Translations under genes and position numbers: made by a program
Shown here: positions 62,248-64,000 of the stretch, in pieces
Layout of the letters: each line of letters opens with the position of its first letter
How positions within the stretch are numbered: the stretch's first letter is position 1
The notes under the pieces: generated by a model
What the model saw: only the letters and a program-made list of their open reading frames with translations
What the model was told of the DNA's origin: nothing
The model's database searches: none
Assembly (NCBI RefSeq): GCF_018977255.1
Contig: NW_024704742.1
Coordinates: forward strand, 135,410,001 to 135,474,000
Source: Callorhinchus milii
Lineage: Eukaryota
DNA length: 64,000 nt
Reading direction: 5' to 3'

Positions 62248-63500
62248 GTAAGTCACACATTTCTACTTGTACAAGCTCCTCTCATCATCATCATAAACTC
62301 ACACAGTCAGGTTGCGTCAGTAAATTCAAGGGACATTTGGAAACATGTTTAGCAAACGGATTGATTTAAAAACAGCTTGCCTTTTAAATATCAGCCTGGC
62401 TCAATCGGTAGCACACTTGTCTTTGAGTCAGAAGATTGTGGGTTCGAGTCTATAGTCTATGCTGACACTACATTGCCATGCTGTGGGATGGGCCATTGTA
62501 GGAGGTGGCGAGTTGTTTGTCTAGTTAGTTAGTGGGTTGTTTGCTAGTTAGATGTTTGGTTGTTTAGTTATGTGTTCTGTTTCATTGGTTGGTTGGTTGG
62601 TCAGGGCTGAAGTGGGCTGGGCTGGAATGAGCTGACCTAGGCTGAGCTGGGCTGGAGCGTGCTGAGCTGGGCTCGGATGCGTTGTGCTGTGTAGGGCAGG
62701 GCTGGATTAGACTGGGCTGGAGTGGGTGGTGGTGGGGTAGGCTACGCTGGTTGCTCGCTGCTAGTAACAATTCTTTTATTGTCAATTCAACAACAACAAC
62801 TTGGATTCATTGTATAACTGAGGTGATTGTGCACAGCCCTGAGTGTCATGTTCATTCGCTTTGTTCATTGGGATTATTTATAGTTTATTTGTGTGTTATT
62901 TTGGTCAGCTCGTGCAGTCAGTAGGTCAGTTCAGTATCAGGACTTTGAGCTTGCCGTCCAGGCTATCGCCTTGCCAGAGATGCTGTTCCTCTAAATCGAG
63001 GTCTTGTTCTGTACCTATTTAGGTGGACGTCAAAAGATCCTGTGTTGGAAAAGACACTGGAGTTTTTTCCCGGGGTCGGGGCCTACAATCCGCCAGACAT
63101 AATCAGTTTTTTTTTCTTTACGCACGGAAATTCCAGAGATAAATTGTTGGAATGGAATGCGCACTCTCTTCCTAGAGGGATGGATCCTGCTTACCTGACC
63201 CCGGAAAATATTAGGCGCAGGTTGGCAAGAACCAAGCCAGAGTAGGTGGATTCCAAGCCCCTTTAAAATCCCAATAATATTAATAGTCATTGCATTTCAC
63301 CGAGCCCCTGGTCGTGTCATCGAAATAACGACAACAACTTGCATTTATGTAGCGAAAGTCACCCAGTGTAGCGTCTCGGAACGCTTACAAGGAAATGTCC
63401 CAAAGGAGCTTTGCGGGACTTTTACTGTAAAGCGTAGCGACTGTGCATTTTGTAGACCAGTCCAACTCATCGCCAAAGTCTTTCCTTTAATGTCCTGTAG
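62248..63500 (+). other. TCF4: TCF4 GT-AG intron between exons 4 and 5 (1253 bp, phase 0)
   Basis: gtaagt...tgtag boundaries join the two exons in frame. Confidence 0.88.
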
Positions 63501-63600
63501 AACTTTGGTGAAGGACCCCATTATGAGCACATGGCCAACCGGGACCTTGGATCACACGACAATCTCACCTCTTCCTCGTTTATGAACTCTCGTCTCCTTG
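63501..63600 (+). CDS. TCF4: TCF4 internal coding exon, equivalent to human exon 5; phase 0 to phase 1; [33 protein letters not shown](G)
   Basis: Acceptor tttcctttaatgtcctgtag ends at 63500 and donor gtaagt starts at 63601. In frame with the preceding exon. Contains RDLGSHDNL, identical to recalled human TCF4 [32 protein letters not shown]. Confidence 0.9.
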
Positions 63601-64000
63601 GTAAGTACCTTTTTGGCTGTGTTCTCGTGCCTCGTTGTACAGAGCTCTTTGGGACAGTCGACCTGTCAAGTGTCCCACAATACGATTCCTTCTCTTTTTT
63701 CCCCCCATTCACTGGTCCCAGCGTTTGATGTGCACAGGGGCGGCTGTTCACGTCTTCACATGGTGTATGAAGGTGACCCTGTTGGTACTCGATGGGGTAG
63801 GCGTGGGTGGTTAGAGGAGTGGGGGGGAGAATAGCACTGCCTTCAACTCCTGGTGAAGACCAGAAACAACTGGTGGGGATGGGCAAAGGGAGGGGTAGAT
63901 CAAAAATATGGATTAAAAAGGTAAATGTATAGATAAGTAAGGAATTACAGTCTTGACACCTGAGCCTTTGAGCTCATTGGAACAAATGAACAGTTCTGTT

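Noticed and set aside
63650..63677. tgggaca...tgtccca hairpin downstream of the exon 5 donor
   Set aside because: A 7-bp stem is expected by chance; too short for a pre-miRNA.
1..64000. Orthologue of the human TCF4 CTG18.1 repeat, or upstream exons 2-3
   Set aside because: No long CTG/CAG tract and no TDKELSDLLDFS or MFSPP coding sequence seen; both are expected upstream of this window.
1..64000. CRISPR-like array or prokaryotic system suggested by the recurring ~40-bp hairpin
   Set aside because: The recurring hairpin is the dispersed SINE/L2 3' tail, irregularly spaced and in both orientations in eukaryotic intronic DNA.

Overview
Vertebrate genomic DNA, most likely from a cartilaginous fish. 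The repeat set (tRNA-Ala-headed SINE, Deu-domain SINE, L2 and CR1 fragments) fits elephant shark or another chimaera, but species is an inference. The only recognisable coding sequence is two small + strand exons near the right end, 62186-62247 (62 bp) and 63501-63600 (100 bp). They splice in frame to [54 protein letters not shown](G), matching coding exons 4 and 5 of the E-protein gene TCF4 (E2-2). The ~62 kb upstream is therefore most likely the large preceding intron. It is densely filled with two SINE families sharing an L2-type 3' stem-loop tail, L2 and CR1 remnants, an unclassified A-tailed dispersed repeat and micro/minisatellites, separated by unique AT-rich islands that look like candidate enhancers. 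The best leads are a candidate alternative first coding exon (10470-10503, MLHMQQLVSVA-G, in frame with exon 4), a candidate spliced antisense micropeptide (7288-6866), the unclassified repeat abutting the exon 4 branch point, and a 41-bp near-perfect palindrome. Almost all other ORFs in the track are repeat or low-complexity artefacts. Repeat boundaries were read by eye and are approximate.
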